DNA of 37,296 nt from a virus (taxonomy: Duplodnaviria > Heunggongvirae > Uroviricota > Caudoviricetes), in the IMG/VR virus record IMGVR_UViG_2711768063_000005, positions 1-37,296 of that record; one strand, given 5' to 3'. The position numbers and the translations under genes were made by a program. Shown one piece after another: positions 1 to 8,052 of the stretch. Positions within the stretch are counted from its first letter, which is position 1. Each line of letters begins with the position of its first letter. The notes under the pieces were generated by a model. That model searched no databases. It saw only the letters and a list, made by a program, of their open reading frames with translations, and was not told where the DNA came from.

Positions 1-1446
1 ATGAAAATTGAAGCCGTTTTATTCGATTTAGATAACACGTTAGCATCAACAAGTAAGCTAAAAGATATTAGAGAGCGTGGGGCTTATGATGAAATAACAG
101 AAGAATTACTATCAACAGTTAAACCATATAAAGGTACCAAAGAATTACTAGAAAATCTGATTTCAAAAGGTATAAAAACAGGTGTCGTAACTAATTCAAG
201 TAAACGTTATGCAGAAAAAATAATTTCACATTTAAATTTACCAAATTTCGGTACTGTGGTGACATATACTGATGTAGGTTCATCAGGGATGAAACCAAAT
301 CCTACTGGTATTAATTTAGCATTAAAAAATCTAGGAATCTCAAATCCGGAACGGGTCATTTATATTGGGGACGATTATACAGATATTATTGCTAGTTATT
401 ATGCGGGGGTTATACCGATTGTTCCATCATGGGCATCAAGGACTCCTGTTTCTCAAGTGCCAGCCGCCGTATTAAGCACTGAGTTCCTTATAGATAATAT
501 TGATGAGTATGAGAATATAATTCTCATGGCGGAAAATTGTGCACGACACAATAGCTTTGAATTTGAGCGAAAAAGATTCTACTTTGTACCTTTGGATGAG
601 TCCGCTAATGTAATTCCTTCAAGTGAAACTCTATCTACAATATGTCTTGGACGTTATTTTTCGCAAAAAAGTTTACTTACAACAAAATTACACGATTCGC
701 ATCCATTATCTATTGAGATCGCCAAGAAAGAGCATGACGATAATTATGTGCCTCCAGAGTATTGGGGCGATATTTTAGCGCATGCGGCAGATAATATTCC
801 ATCTTTTTTCCGGGCTACTAAAGGTTTTGATATTGTTACAGTAATACCAGCTAAAAAAGGAAAAAAAGAAAGATTAGAGAGAGTCTTAGAAAATGCGCGA
901 AGTAAAAGCAATTCCAATGCTGCTTTTATAGCTGATCTTTTTGTTTTTAGTGAGGGAGCAAAATCACTTAAGACCTTACCAAAGGATCAGCGTTCGATAG
1001 AAATAGAATCTAGTTTGCATATGAATCCCAAATATAAAGGTACGCTTGAAGGTAAGACCGTATTAATATTTGATGATGTCATTACCACAGGCTCAACCTT
1101 AAAAAGAGCTTATTCATTGTTGAGAGACGAAAACGTTAAACATAGTTTAGGATTATGCTTGGCTAAAACAGTCTCTATATTTGAAGAGGATAGGCTTTGT
1201 CCTGAATGCATGTGTCACATTCTTAAAATAAAGACAAACTCTCTAACGGGTATTCGATTTTGGGGGTGTTCAGGATATAATGATGAATCAGATAAGTGTG
1301 ATTACACTGAAAGTATCGTTGAGAAACAATGCCCTAACTGTGGTAGAGATATGGTTAAAAAGTATAATAAATGGAAGAGAGTTCGTTTTTTATCCTGTAC
1401 AGGATGGAATAAAGAACCTCGATGCAATTACACTGAGAGTGAGTGA
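1..1446 (+). CDS. Three-part fusion protein: N-terminal HAD-like hydrolase, central type I phosphoribosyltransferase (ComF-like PRTase), C-terminal tandem topoisomerase-type zinc ribbons; ShosT-like toxin candidate
   Basis: HAD motif I FDLDNTL at residues 8-14 with downstream GVVTNSS, KPNP and IGDDYTD motifs; PRTase signature GKTVLIFDDVITTGSTL; two C-terminal CxxC...GCS/SCTG...CxYTES ribbons. ATG sits exactly at window position 1, so promoter and RBS are off-window. Stop overlaps start of next gene. AT-rich. Confidence 0.75.
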   Translation: MKIEAVLFDLDNTLASTSKLKDIRERGAYDEITEELLSTVKPYKGTKELLENLISKGIKTGVVTNSSKRYAEKIISHLNLPNFGTVVTYTDVGSSGMKPNPTGINLALKNLGISNPERVIYIGDDYTDIIASYYAGVIPIVPSWASRTPVSQVPAAVLSTEFLIDNIDEYENIILMAENCARHNSFEFERKRFYFVPLDESANVIPSSETLSTICLGRYFSQKSLLTTKLHDSHPLSIEIAKKEHDDNYVPPEYWGDILAHAADNIPSFFRATKGFDIVTVIPAKKGKKERLERVLENARSKSNSNAAFIADLFVFSEGAKSLKTLPKDQRSIEIESSLHMNPKYKGTLEGKTVLIFDDVITTGSTLKRAYSLLRDENVKHSLGLCLAKTVSIFEEDRLCPECMCHILKIKTNSLTGIRFWGCSGYNDESDKCDYTESIVEKQCPNCGRDMVKKYNKWKRVRFLSCTGWNKEPRCNYTESE

Positions 1447-2429
1447 TGTTGACAATATCTCCAGACACAGAAAAATTGTTAACACTTAGTGCCCTTAAAG
1501 GAGTGGGTACTAAGTCGTTATCTAGTTTAGGCATGCTCAAAGACTTTTCTAGTTTATCTCTTGAGGAGTTGGTGAGATTATTGGGGGTTAAGGAATTAGC
1601 TTCCGATGATTTTTTAGTGGCTAGAGATTTCGCAAGAAAGAATATTGATATAGCTCATGCTAAAAATCATTCTATAATTTCATTTTTTGATGAATGTTAC
1701 CCTGATACATTAAAGGTTACTAGCGATAGACCTGCAATACTTTATTGTGCTGGTAACATTGATTGTCTGCGTAATAAATGTTTGGCGGTAATTGGTACCC
1801 GTGAACCCACTCTACATGGTGAAACGATTGCAAAAAATATCACCAAGTGGTTCACCAAAAAAGGTTGGACCATTGTAAGTGGCTTGGCTAAAGGTGTTGA
1901 TTCAATTGCTCATACCTCCGCTATTGAAAACCAAGGTAAAACAATAGCAGTCATGGCTCAGGGGTTGGAAAAAATTTATCCCAGAGAGAATAAAAAACTC
2001 GCAATGGATATTATTAGTACAGGAGGGGTATTAATTTCGGAATATGCCTATGGAAGTCATACATTTCGTAATAACTTTGTAGAGCGTGATAGAATACAGG
2101 CAGGATTATCAGCTGGGGTTTTAATGGTTCAATCTGACTTAAAAGGTGGTAGTCTGCATGCATCTCGCTCAGCAGTAAATTATGGAAGATATCTTGTTAT
2201 TCCCAATCAGTCCAGAAGAGATATTCTTAATAGCGAGCCTAAAATACAGGCTAATCTTGCATTTATGAGTGGTGATTATTATTTAATTAGATCATTATTG
2301 AAAGTTAATGGAGATATAAGTAAATCTTTAATAATTATGGAAAGCAGTAACGATTACCTTAAGGTTGAAGAGCAATTGTACGATGCCCTTCATTCATTGC
2401 ATAATCAGTATAATGGTTTTGATTTTTAA
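1446..2429 (+). CDS. DprA/Smf-like (Rossmann/SLOG fold) protein; ShosA-like antitoxin candidate
   Basis: DprA-like core LAVIGTREPT...VSGLAKGVDSIAH...TIAVMAQGL...IYP...GGVLISEY...RNNFVERDRIQAGLSAGVLMVQS...GGSLHASRSA. ATG at 1446 overlaps the TGA of the upstream gene (TGATG coupling); track ORF starts 3 nt earlier at GTG. Confidence 0.75.
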   Translation: MLTISPDTEKLLTLSALKGVGTKSLSSLGMLKDFSSLSLEELVRLLGVKELASDDFLVARDFARKNIDIAHAKNHSIISFFDECYPDTLKVTSDRPAILYCAGNIDCLRNKCLAVIGTREPTLHGETIAKNITKWFTKKGWTIVSGLAKGVDSIAHTSAIENQGKTIAVMAQGLEKIYPRENKKLAMDIISTGGVLISEYAYGSHTFRNNFVERDRIQAGLSAGVLMVQSDLKGGSLHASRSAVNYGRYLVIPNQSRRDILNSEPKIQANLAFMSGDYYLIRSLLKVNGDISKSLIIMESSNDYLKVEEQLYDALHSLHNQYNGFDF

Positions 2430-2494
2430 GATAATTATATTGGGTTAGTTGTTAATGACACATTAATACTCCTTTTTCTTCGGTAGCCTCCTTT

Positions 2495-3622
2495 TTAGAA
2501 GGTTACCGTTATCCAATTTTTACCTCGATCATCTCGATATTTAGCTGTCTGGTTTAGAGACTTGTGGCCAAGCAATTTCTGAGTATCAATACCTTGACCT
2601 CCGTAGAGACGTTCGGACAAGGAACGTTGTTCGTGGAATGTCGCTGGAGTACCATCACCCCAATCAATTCCTGCTAAATCTCTCGCTTTACTAAAATTCA
2701 TCGTCAATGTATTGGCTGTAACCTGCGCGCCACGTTCAGCCTGTGAAGTAGTACGAAAAAAATGTACAAGGTATGGGCTGACTACATAGTCACGACAGCG
2801 GGCTACTACATCGCGCAAACTCCAGTTGATCGCATTGAGACGCAGGGAAAGCGGGATGGCGATTTTGCTACCGGTTTTTTCCTGGATGACATGGAGATGA
2901 TCATCCCAAATATCGCTAAATTTCATACGCGAGATATCACCTAACCTCTGGCCGGTAACCAGTGCTAACAGCATGGCATTCCCCATATAACGATGACTGG
3001 CATCTGCGATATCAAAGATTTTTTGCCATTCTTCAAGACTTAACCGTTGTCGGGTAATTTTTCTTCTGGGCTGTTTGGTCGCTAATGCTGGATTATAGCC
3101 TGGAGGGACTTCCCCGTAGTGTTGTGCCTCCTTGAATACATCAATTAGAACGGAGCGGACTACTTGCGCCATCCTCGGTTGCCCAGCAGTGATATACTCG
3201 TCAAGCAATTGTGCGATATCCCTTACATCAACGGATGAAATTAACTTCATTCCTGCTCGCTCCCTGAGCAAGGACACTGGTTTAGCTTTCTGTTTATAGG
3301 TGTTGAGCTTTATATCACCACTTTTCAGTCTGTCATCCTGGATTGCTTGATAGCGATCTAACCAGGTTGATGTTGTGATTGCTTTTCCTTTGCTGGTTGC
3401 GATCCTGTCACTGATAGCCAGAATCTGCCGGGTTCTTTGCTCAGCCAGGCGTGTATTGGCCTCAGTGGCAATAGCAATGGCTTCCGCTTCGTTTGTGCCC
3501 AAAGAATGGAACTTCCCGGTCACTGGATGCTTATATCGCCAATAGACTTTATTTACTTTTCTGCTATAAAGCGGATACAAGTTCGGGACTGAAACATTAT
3601 TTTTACGTGGTCTGGCTGCCAT
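2495..3622 (-). CDS. int: Tyrosine recombinase, lambda Int-family prophage integrase
   Basis: 375 aa; C-terminus TFHEQRSLSERLY...LLGHKSLNQTAKYRDDRGKNW parallels the lambda Int C-terminus (TFHELRSLSARLY...LLGHKSDTMASQYRDDRGREW) including the catalytic Tyr region. Confidence 0.9.
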   Translation of the reverse strand: MAARPRKNNVSVPNLYPLYSRKVNKVYWRYKHPVTGKFHSLGTNEAEAIAIATEANTRLAEQRTRQILAISDRIATSKGKAITTSTWLDRYQAIQDDRLKSGDIKLNTYKQKAKPVSLLRERAGMKLISSVDVRDIAQLLDEYITAGQPRMAQVVRSVLIDVFKEAQHYGEVPPGYNPALATKQPRRKITRQRLSLEEWQKIFDIADASHRYMGNAMLLALVTGQRLGDISRMKFSDIWDDHLHVIQEKTGSKIAIPLSLRLNAINWSLRDVVARCRDYVVSPYLVHFFRTTSQAERGAQVTANTLTMNFSKARDLAGIDWGDGTPATFHEQRSLSERLYGGQGIDTQKLLGHKSLNQTAKYRDDRGKNWITVTF

Positions 3623-3848
3623 TACTTAAAATCCTCTGTAGAATAATGGAATCACTTTTCTTGATGACAGGAGTAACTAACTCCCCAACTAACTCTGCGT
3701 CCTCACGCACTCGCCATAGTCGACCTTGTTTCATTGCCGGTGGACAAAATAAATTCTGCTTAGCATAACGACGCAATGTGGACACACTTGGAGGATTACT
3801 CCTAAATTTTTCCGCAGCCCATTCCTCAAGTGTCAGCATTTGAAGCAT
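3603..3848 (-). CDS. xis: Excisionase (Xis-like)
   Basis: Small basic protein directly upstream of and overlapping int; MLTLEEW...LFCPPAMKQGRLW resembles lambda Xis (MYLTLQEW...IFPPPVKDGREY). Start chosen at the internal ATG with a GAGG RBS; the track ORF extends to 3863 without an RBS. Confidence 0.65.
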   Translation of the reverse strand: MLQMLTLEEWAAEKFRSNPPSVSTLRRYAKQNLFCPPAMKQGRLWRVREDAELVGELVTPVIKKSDSIILQRILSNGSQTT

Positions 3849-3903
3849 TTTTGATAACCTCATTTCTTTTGCTACAAAACTATTTCACTAGTTAATTTCG
3901 CTG

Positions 3904-4440
3904 TCAGGATTGCTTATGTATCTTATGCAGCTCTTTAAAACGTTCCATAAACATCCCGTAGGCATGGCCCGGAGCCAGTGGAATAACTTTGAATATCTCT
4001 GTTGCCGGGATACCTTCCAGTACTGGCCAGAAAGAGCCATCATCAAGCCCGAGATCGCGGCGTTCGGTTGCCAACATGATGAGATCGGCATATTTCACAG
4101 GTGTACTCATAACCGGGGGTAACCCGTATTTCTCACGGATTACGGCGTCTATTTTTTCTTCCATCCGTTTATAGTCGGGAAGAAGGCGTTTCAGTGGTGC
4201 GGGGATGTCCTGACAATATGCTTCTGTTGCATCATGCATTAACGCTTCAAAAGCAAATTCCTGCGGTACCAGCTGGCTGCAAAGCACCGCATGTTGGGCG
4301 ACGCTGTAGAAGTGTGAAAGATGTCCTGCAAAGCGACAGATATTTGAAAGGGAAACCGCGATATCGTTAATAACGATGTCGTCTTTATTTATCTTGTCAT
4401 AATAAAAATGCTTCCCGGAAAAAGTTTTAATAAATGACAT
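3904..4440 (-). CDS. HD-domain phosphohydrolase (YfdR-like prophage protein, 178 aa)
   Basis: HD-type metal-binding residues (SVAQHAV...LMHDATEAY); start at the internal ATG preceded by GGAG 6 nt upstream (track ORF starts at an upstream GTG with no RBS). Length and gene order match the CPS-53 yfdP-yfdQ-yfdR block as I recall it. Confidence 0.7.
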   Translation of the reverse strand: MSFIKTFSGKHFYYDKINKDDIVINDIAVSLSNICRFAGHLSHFYSVAQHAVLCSQLVPQEFAFEALMHDATEAYCQDIPAPLKRLLPDYKRMEEKIDAVIREKYGLPPVMSTPVKYADLIMLATERRDLGLDDGSFWPVLEGIPATEIFKVIPLAPGHAYGMFMERFKELHKIHKQS

Positions 4441-4533
4441 TTTGTTCTCCACGTATATGCGCTGCACCGCGCTGAATTTTGGTTAAAGAAAACCCTCGCC
4501 ATCAGGTGATTATTGAGTCAATTATGTTTCCAT

Positions 4534-4555
4534 AAATGCCCCCGCAGGGGCATTT
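4534..4555 (-). terminator. Intergenic perfect hairpin (AAATGCCCC-cgca-GGGGCATTT) between the YfdQ-like and YfdR-like genes; possible attenuator or processing site
   Basis: 9-bp perfect inverted repeat read directly; no strong T-run, so terminator function is uncertain. Confidence 0.3.
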
Positions 4556-4567
4556 GCAGTAATGAAA

Positions 4568-5392
4568 TCAGGCGTTGAAAGTACCAATAAAGGTTTTTAC
4601 TTTGCTGTCTTTGAATTTTTCAACTAGCAGATCACGAAATTCGTTAGCCATTTCTTCCTGTACTGCTTCCAGCTGAATAATGCGCAGAACCAGTACAGGG
4701 CGATCACCAGTGATAATGCTGAGTCGTAATTTAAACGGACGTTCTTTCAGGCCTTCAAACGGAACGCATTTAAATTCAAATGCCACTGGCATAATGTCTT
4801 TGGTCCTCGCTTCGACAGACTCCATCAGGGAGCGTTTGCCGCTGAAGTCATTGTCTTCAAAATCAGCAGTCTGGTTCGCTTCAATTGTGATTTTACGGAT
4901 CGCTGCAGCCGCTTTGGTTGCCTGAATGGCGTCACCATTAGCATCAAAGCCCACAAGGTAGTCTGCCCAGTCTTCAATCCATTCTGCCAGTGACTTCTGG
5001 GAGTTACGTTCGCCGTTAACAGACAACAGAGCAGAGAACGGGGCTGTCTTTTTCAGTTTGAGAGTGGTGGTGTTATCTGCGTGACCTGGTTCATCAATAG
5101 TACCCAGGTTAAGTACACTGACGGCACGCATATTATCAGCATCGATAAAGCAGCGGGTGCCTTCATCTGCAAGATCTTTAGAATAACGGGTAAAGTCATC
5201 GATGTTGGCAGTGGAAAGCGCACCACGGAAACGGAAGCGATTTAAATTAAATTTTTCCAGATCATGAATGCGGAAATTCTCAGGCAATGCTACAGCATCG
5301 GCACCAATCTTATTGATAATTTCATTAACACCCTGAGCAGAAATAAGGGCATGGATTTGATTAATTGCGGTTGCGTCTAAGTTCTGAGACAT
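4568..5392 (-). CDS. DUF2303-type prophage protein (YfdQ-like, 274 aa)
   Basis: Long ORF with good start context; size and position match YfdQ of the CPS-53-type early region; family assignment from memory. Confidence 0.65.
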   Translation of the reverse strand: MSQNLDATAINQIHALISAQGVNEIINKIGADAVALPENFRIHDLEKFNLNRFRFRGALSTANIDDFTRYSKDLADEGTRCFIDADNMRAVSVLNLGTIDEPGHADNTTTLKLKKTAPFSALLSVNGERNSQKSLAEWIEDWADYLVGFDANGDAIQATKAAAAIRKITIEANQTADFEDNDFSGKRSLMESVEARTKDIMPVAFEFKCVPFEGLKERPFKLRLSIITGDRPVLVLRIIQLEAVQEEMANEFRDLLVEKFKDSKVKTFIGTFNA

Positions 5393-5457
5393 AATAAGTC
5401 CTCACTATATAAAGATATTCAGTGATGAGATAAATAATCAGTTTATTAATAACGATA

Positions 5458-5820
5458 TTAACGACCTGCTGCTCGGAGTTTTCCGTCAGGCTCACCGGCA
5501 AGAGTCAGTAATTGTCCCTGGTCTTCCTGCAGAATAGTCAGGCGACCACCGCGATTGACATACATCGGCGTTTCTGTGGTGTCTTCTTCGGAAATTTTCC
5601 CGCGGTTAGTCGGGCGAACATATGAGAGTTTGTGTTTGATTTTCACACGGTTCTCATCAAATGGTTCGATTTCCAGGTTGAGTGAGACCTTACCTTTGGT
5701 TTTCGTGTTCATCACACCGGAAGCGACTTCACTGAGAACTGCGCCGATTTTGGTTTCAAATACGCCGCCGTCCAGCTCCCCGATAAATGCCTGCACATCA
5801 GTACTGCGTTCGCTAGCCAT
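5458..5820 (-). CDS. Small prophage protein (YfdP-like, 120 aa)
   Basis: Start at the internal ATG (MASERSTD...) preceded by GAGGAG at 7-nt spacing; the 226-aa track ORF extends upstream through GC-rich non-protein-like sequence. Confidence 0.6.
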   Translation of the reverse strand: MASERSTDVQAFIGELDGGVFETKIGAVLSEVASGVMNTKTKGKVSLNLEIEPFDENRVKIKHKLSYVRPTNRGKISEEDTTETPMYVNRGGRLTILQEDQGQLLTLAGEPDGKLRAAGR

Positions 5821-6256
5821 TTTGCTGCTCCTCATCATATCGACCCTGCAAGGCCGATTAGTTTCTCCACAAAACAGAGAAGAACACCTGCGGTGGCAGC
5901 CGCCCGGATGGATTGAGTTATGAGCCCGTCGTCCGGTGATGTTCTTCTCTGTTTTGTAAAAAGGACGGTACCAGCCGGAAGCAAGGGTACAAGCTGGTAC
6001 CGCCAGGACTACACACAGCATAAAGTTGTGGTGCCGGGTGCCTCCCGGTGCCTGGCGAAGGTTGCACACCAGGCGGGTGGGTATCCACAGAAGGTCGACT
6101 GTCAGCCTCAACCTTAACCCGCGTGCGCTGAGCCGCATTCACCACAACGCTAAGGATTCTCTCTGGTTGAAAATACTTAGCTGTTATGTGCCTGCTTTTA
6201 GCCACATCAGGCGAGGTGGTATCCTTTTAAGCCCGTATACATAAAAGGAAAATCAA
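5821..6256. other. GC-rich structured noncoding region; candidate ncRNA or regulatory element
   Basis: About 430 bp without a credible ORF on either strand (track ORFs here are Pro/Arg/Gly/Cys-rich); contains an 18-bp perfect inverted repeat and a 9-bp stem hairpin. Confidence 0.3.
5869..5957. repeat. 18-bp perfect inverted repeat (ACAAAACAGAGAAGAACA ... TGTTCTTCTCTGTTTTGT) enclosing a 53-nt GC-rich loop
   Basis: Arms at 5869-5886 and 5940-5957 are exact reverse complements; a second hairpin GGTACCAGC-N17-GCTGGTACC follows at 5967-6001. Confidence 0.8.
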
Positions 6257-6502
6257 ATGACTTTTGATGAAAAAGAACTTGATAATGCAATTAATAAAAT
6301 CATCGTAACGTCGCTCTTTTCCTGTCTCAGCGACACTCAGCAAAAACAGTTCTACGAATCGGCTTTCAACATGATCGAGCGTTGTTGTTTCTGCGATGCC
6401 GACGAGTTACCTGAAAAAATCAGGAAACAGTTGGCTGATGCTCTTCGAGTGCGACTTTCTGACCAATTTTCTGAAATGTGCTCTCCGAATTTGGACAAAT
6501 AG
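6257..6502 (+). CDS. Hypothetical small protein (81 aa)
   Basis: ATG preceded by AAGGAA at 7-nt spacing; protein-like composition; antisense to the leftward early operon and overlaps the 3' end of the convergent ORF 6420-6695 by 83 nt. Confidence 0.45.
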   Translation: MTFDEKELDNAINKIIVTSLFSCLSDTQQKQFYESAFNMIERCCFCDADELPEKIRKQLADALRVRLSDQFSEMCSPNLDK

Positions 6503-6695
6503 AAAAAGGCCATTTCCATTCAGGGTCTGATGGAAATACTTCAGCCTGTTCCAAAGCACGGCGTAAAGAGAACACAACTCCAGCCATAATCTGATGTTTC
6601 CCATTGGTCCAGCTATCGCCGCTCTGATCTACAGGGGCGGCTATGTCGTATGACCAAACGACTTCACAGTTATTGTTTAAAATCTGGACTTTCAT
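6420..6695 (-). CDS. Hypothetical protein (91 aa), first ORF downstream of the OL-like operators
   Basis: Start at the internal ATG (MKVQILNNN...) preceded by AGGTG at 6-nt spacing; the track ORF start at 6737 lacks an RBS. Confidence 0.45.
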   Translation of the reverse strand: MKVQILNNNCEVVWSYDIAAPVDQSGDSWTNGKHQIMAGVVFSLRRALEQAEVFPSDPEWKWPFSICPNSESTFQKIGQKVALEEHQPTVS

Positions 6696-6909
6696 TTCAT
6701 ACACCTGCTTTAACATGAGTGCATAGTGGCACAACATGACTCAACGAATCACCCTAGACTTTATATGCCCCAGGTGGCTACTTCGTGGGCGTCCTGCCTG
6801 TTCGTTTTTGACATTTACTGACCGCTTACGACACATGCACCATGCACCGTGTTGCAACCAGATTTTGTTGTAATCCTGTAGTTGGTCTGGAACAAAAGAT
6901 AAAATTAAA

Positions 6910-6947
6910 TTGCGGGATATGCAAGTGGTATTTTGCGAGATATGCAA
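6910..6947. promoter_or_regulatory. OL-like operator pair (TTGCGGGATATGCAA at 6910-6924, TTGCGAGATATGCAA at 6933-6947); probable PL region
   Basis: Two 15-bp sites with TTGC/GCAA palindromic ends 8 bp apart, matching the site between cI and cro at 7715-7729. Confidence 0.55.
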
Positions 6948-6957
6948 AATTATGGGT

Positions 6958-6981
6958 GATAAAAAGCCACCTTTCGGTGGC
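6958..6981 (-). terminator. Rho-independent terminator downstream of cI (minus strand)
   Basis: Stem GCCACC-tttc-GGTGGC followed on the minus strand by TTTTTATC, about 20 nt past the cI stop. Confidence 0.5.
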
Positions 6982-7001
6982 CGATGGATGGGATATTGAG
7001 G

Positions 7002-7694
7002 TTAATTATGTCTCTTAAGGGTTTGCGACTGACTGATTAAGACCTTTCCAAAGACCATGAATCGGTGTTCGTTTTCGCTAGTAATTCCCCATTCACGGTA
7101 AATCTGGTTATCAGAAATCACCAGCAGTTTGTCAGGAATCATTTGAAGTCTTTTAACGTATATTTTGTCATCAAAACCAAAGACATATATACCATCACCA
7201 TCAAACTGATTGATGCTGACATCGACGAAGATGAGATCTCCTGGCTCAATGGTTGGACACATACTGTCCCCACGAACGTTGATAACTTTGATGTGATTGG
7301 CTGGTCGTCCGCCGAACATTGATACAGCATTATCAGTTCTGTATTCGATGGCATGAATCACATCAATGACATCACCGCCCTGGATAAGGCCATTTCCCGC
7401 ACTGGCACTGATATCCAGCATTTCAATACGGAACACATCCTTCACCTGCGCAACATCCTCATTATTACTGTTTTTATATACAGTATTACTTTTGAGGGCA
7501 GAGGTAAAGAGATCAGCAATATCAACACCTAAGCTCTTGGCAATATTACTCAGTGTTTGTTCGGTAAATTGTTTCTGCTTACCCGTTTCTAAGCGCGAGA
7601 TGTTCGCCGCATCTACTCCTATTGCTTCAGCGAGATCGGCGATTTTCATGTTCTTCGCTTGGCGAAGTTGTCTGACTCGGTTTCCTATGTTCAT
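7002..7694 (-). CDS. cI: CI-type prophage repressor (N-terminal HTH_XRE, C-terminal S24 LexA-like peptidase domain)
   Basis: N-terminus NRVRQLRQAKNMKIADLAEAIGVDAANISRLETGK is a classic HTH; C-terminus contains the autocleavage-type fold with GDSMCPTIEPGDLIFVD and KR in ...IYVKRLQ. Divergent from a cro-like gene. No SD upstream of the ATG (leaderless-like, as for lambda PRM). Confidence 0.9.
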   Translation of the reverse strand: MNIGNRVRQLRQAKNMKIADLAEAIGVDAANISRLETGKQKQFTEQTLSNIAKSLGVDIADLFTSALKSNTVYKNSNNEDVAQVKDVFRIEMLDISASAGNGLIQGGDVIDVIHAIEYRTDNAVSMFGGRPANHIKVINVRGDSMCPTIEPGDLIFVDVSINQFDGDGIYVFGFDDKIYVKRLQMIPDKLLVISDNQIYREWGITSENEHRFMVFGKVLISQSQTLKRHN

Positions 7695-7791
7695 GCGTTT
7701 ATTACATTTCTTTATTGCGTGATAAGCAAATCAACTTGCGCAAAATACTTGCGTGAAATAACATGCATAACGCGCAATATTTGGAGGATAT
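7695..7791. promoter_or_regulatory. OR-like divergent promoter/operator region between cI and cro
   Basis: Contains TTGCGTGATAAGCAA (7715-7729), the 8-bp palindrome TTGCGCAA (7736-7743) and TTGCGTG...CGCGCAA (7749-7777). Confidence 0.6.
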
Positions 7792-8052
7792 ATGCAATCA
7801 CCATTACGAAATGTGCGTAAGGCGCATTGTTTCACTTTGCAGCATGTTGCTGCGGGTGTTCAAGTCAATCCAGCGACGTTGAGTCGTATTGAGAGGCTGG
7901 AGCAGATTCCATCTATCGAGCTTGCAGAACGTTTAGCCAATTTTTTTAAGGGTGAAATCAGCGAAATGCAGATTCTTTATCCGGCACGTTTTCAATCTAG
8001 CCAAAACCAGAATGGGTTTAAACCACAGGAACAGGAGGTGAACCGTGGGTAA
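7792..8052 (+). CDS. cro: Cro-like HTH regulator
   Basis: Small protein divergent from cI with an HTH-like segment (FTLQHVAAGVQVNPATLSRIER); GGAGG RBS upstream of the ATG. Confidence 0.7.
   Translation: MQSPLRNVRKAHCFTLQHVAAGVQVNPATLSRIERLEQIPSIELAERLANFFKGEISEMQILYPARFQSSQNQNGFKPQEQEVNRG

Noticed and set aside
1280-1540. Track ORFs 1280-1489 (+) and 1355-1540 (-) spanning the junction of the first two genes
   Set aside because: Fully embedded in or antisense to the two well-supported coupled genes; no independent start context.
2430-2494. Possible attP or tRNA-derived attachment site next to the integrase 3' end
   Set aside because: Only 65 bp separate the convergent genes and I could not recognise a tRNA-like sequence or direct repeat; the att site is probably outside the window or cannot be identified without the other prophage end.
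5458-6138. 226-aa track ORF extending the YfdP-like gene upstream to 6138
   Set aside because: The upstream extension runs through the GC-rich hairpin region and is Cys/Arg/Leu-rich with no RBS; the internal ATG at 5820 has a GAGGAG RBS and gives the expected 120-aa protein.
5918-6244. Three track ORFs (5918-6205 minus, 5920-6117 plus, 6026-6244 plus) inside the GC-rich intergenic region
   Set aside because: Pro/Gly/Arg-rich, no RBS, mutually overlapping on both strands; typical chance ORFs in GC-rich structured DNA.
6741-6947. 68-aa minus-strand ORF left of cI
   Set aside because: Spans the OL-like operator pair and promoter region, lacks an RBS and is Cys/Arg-rich; treated as regulatory DNA.
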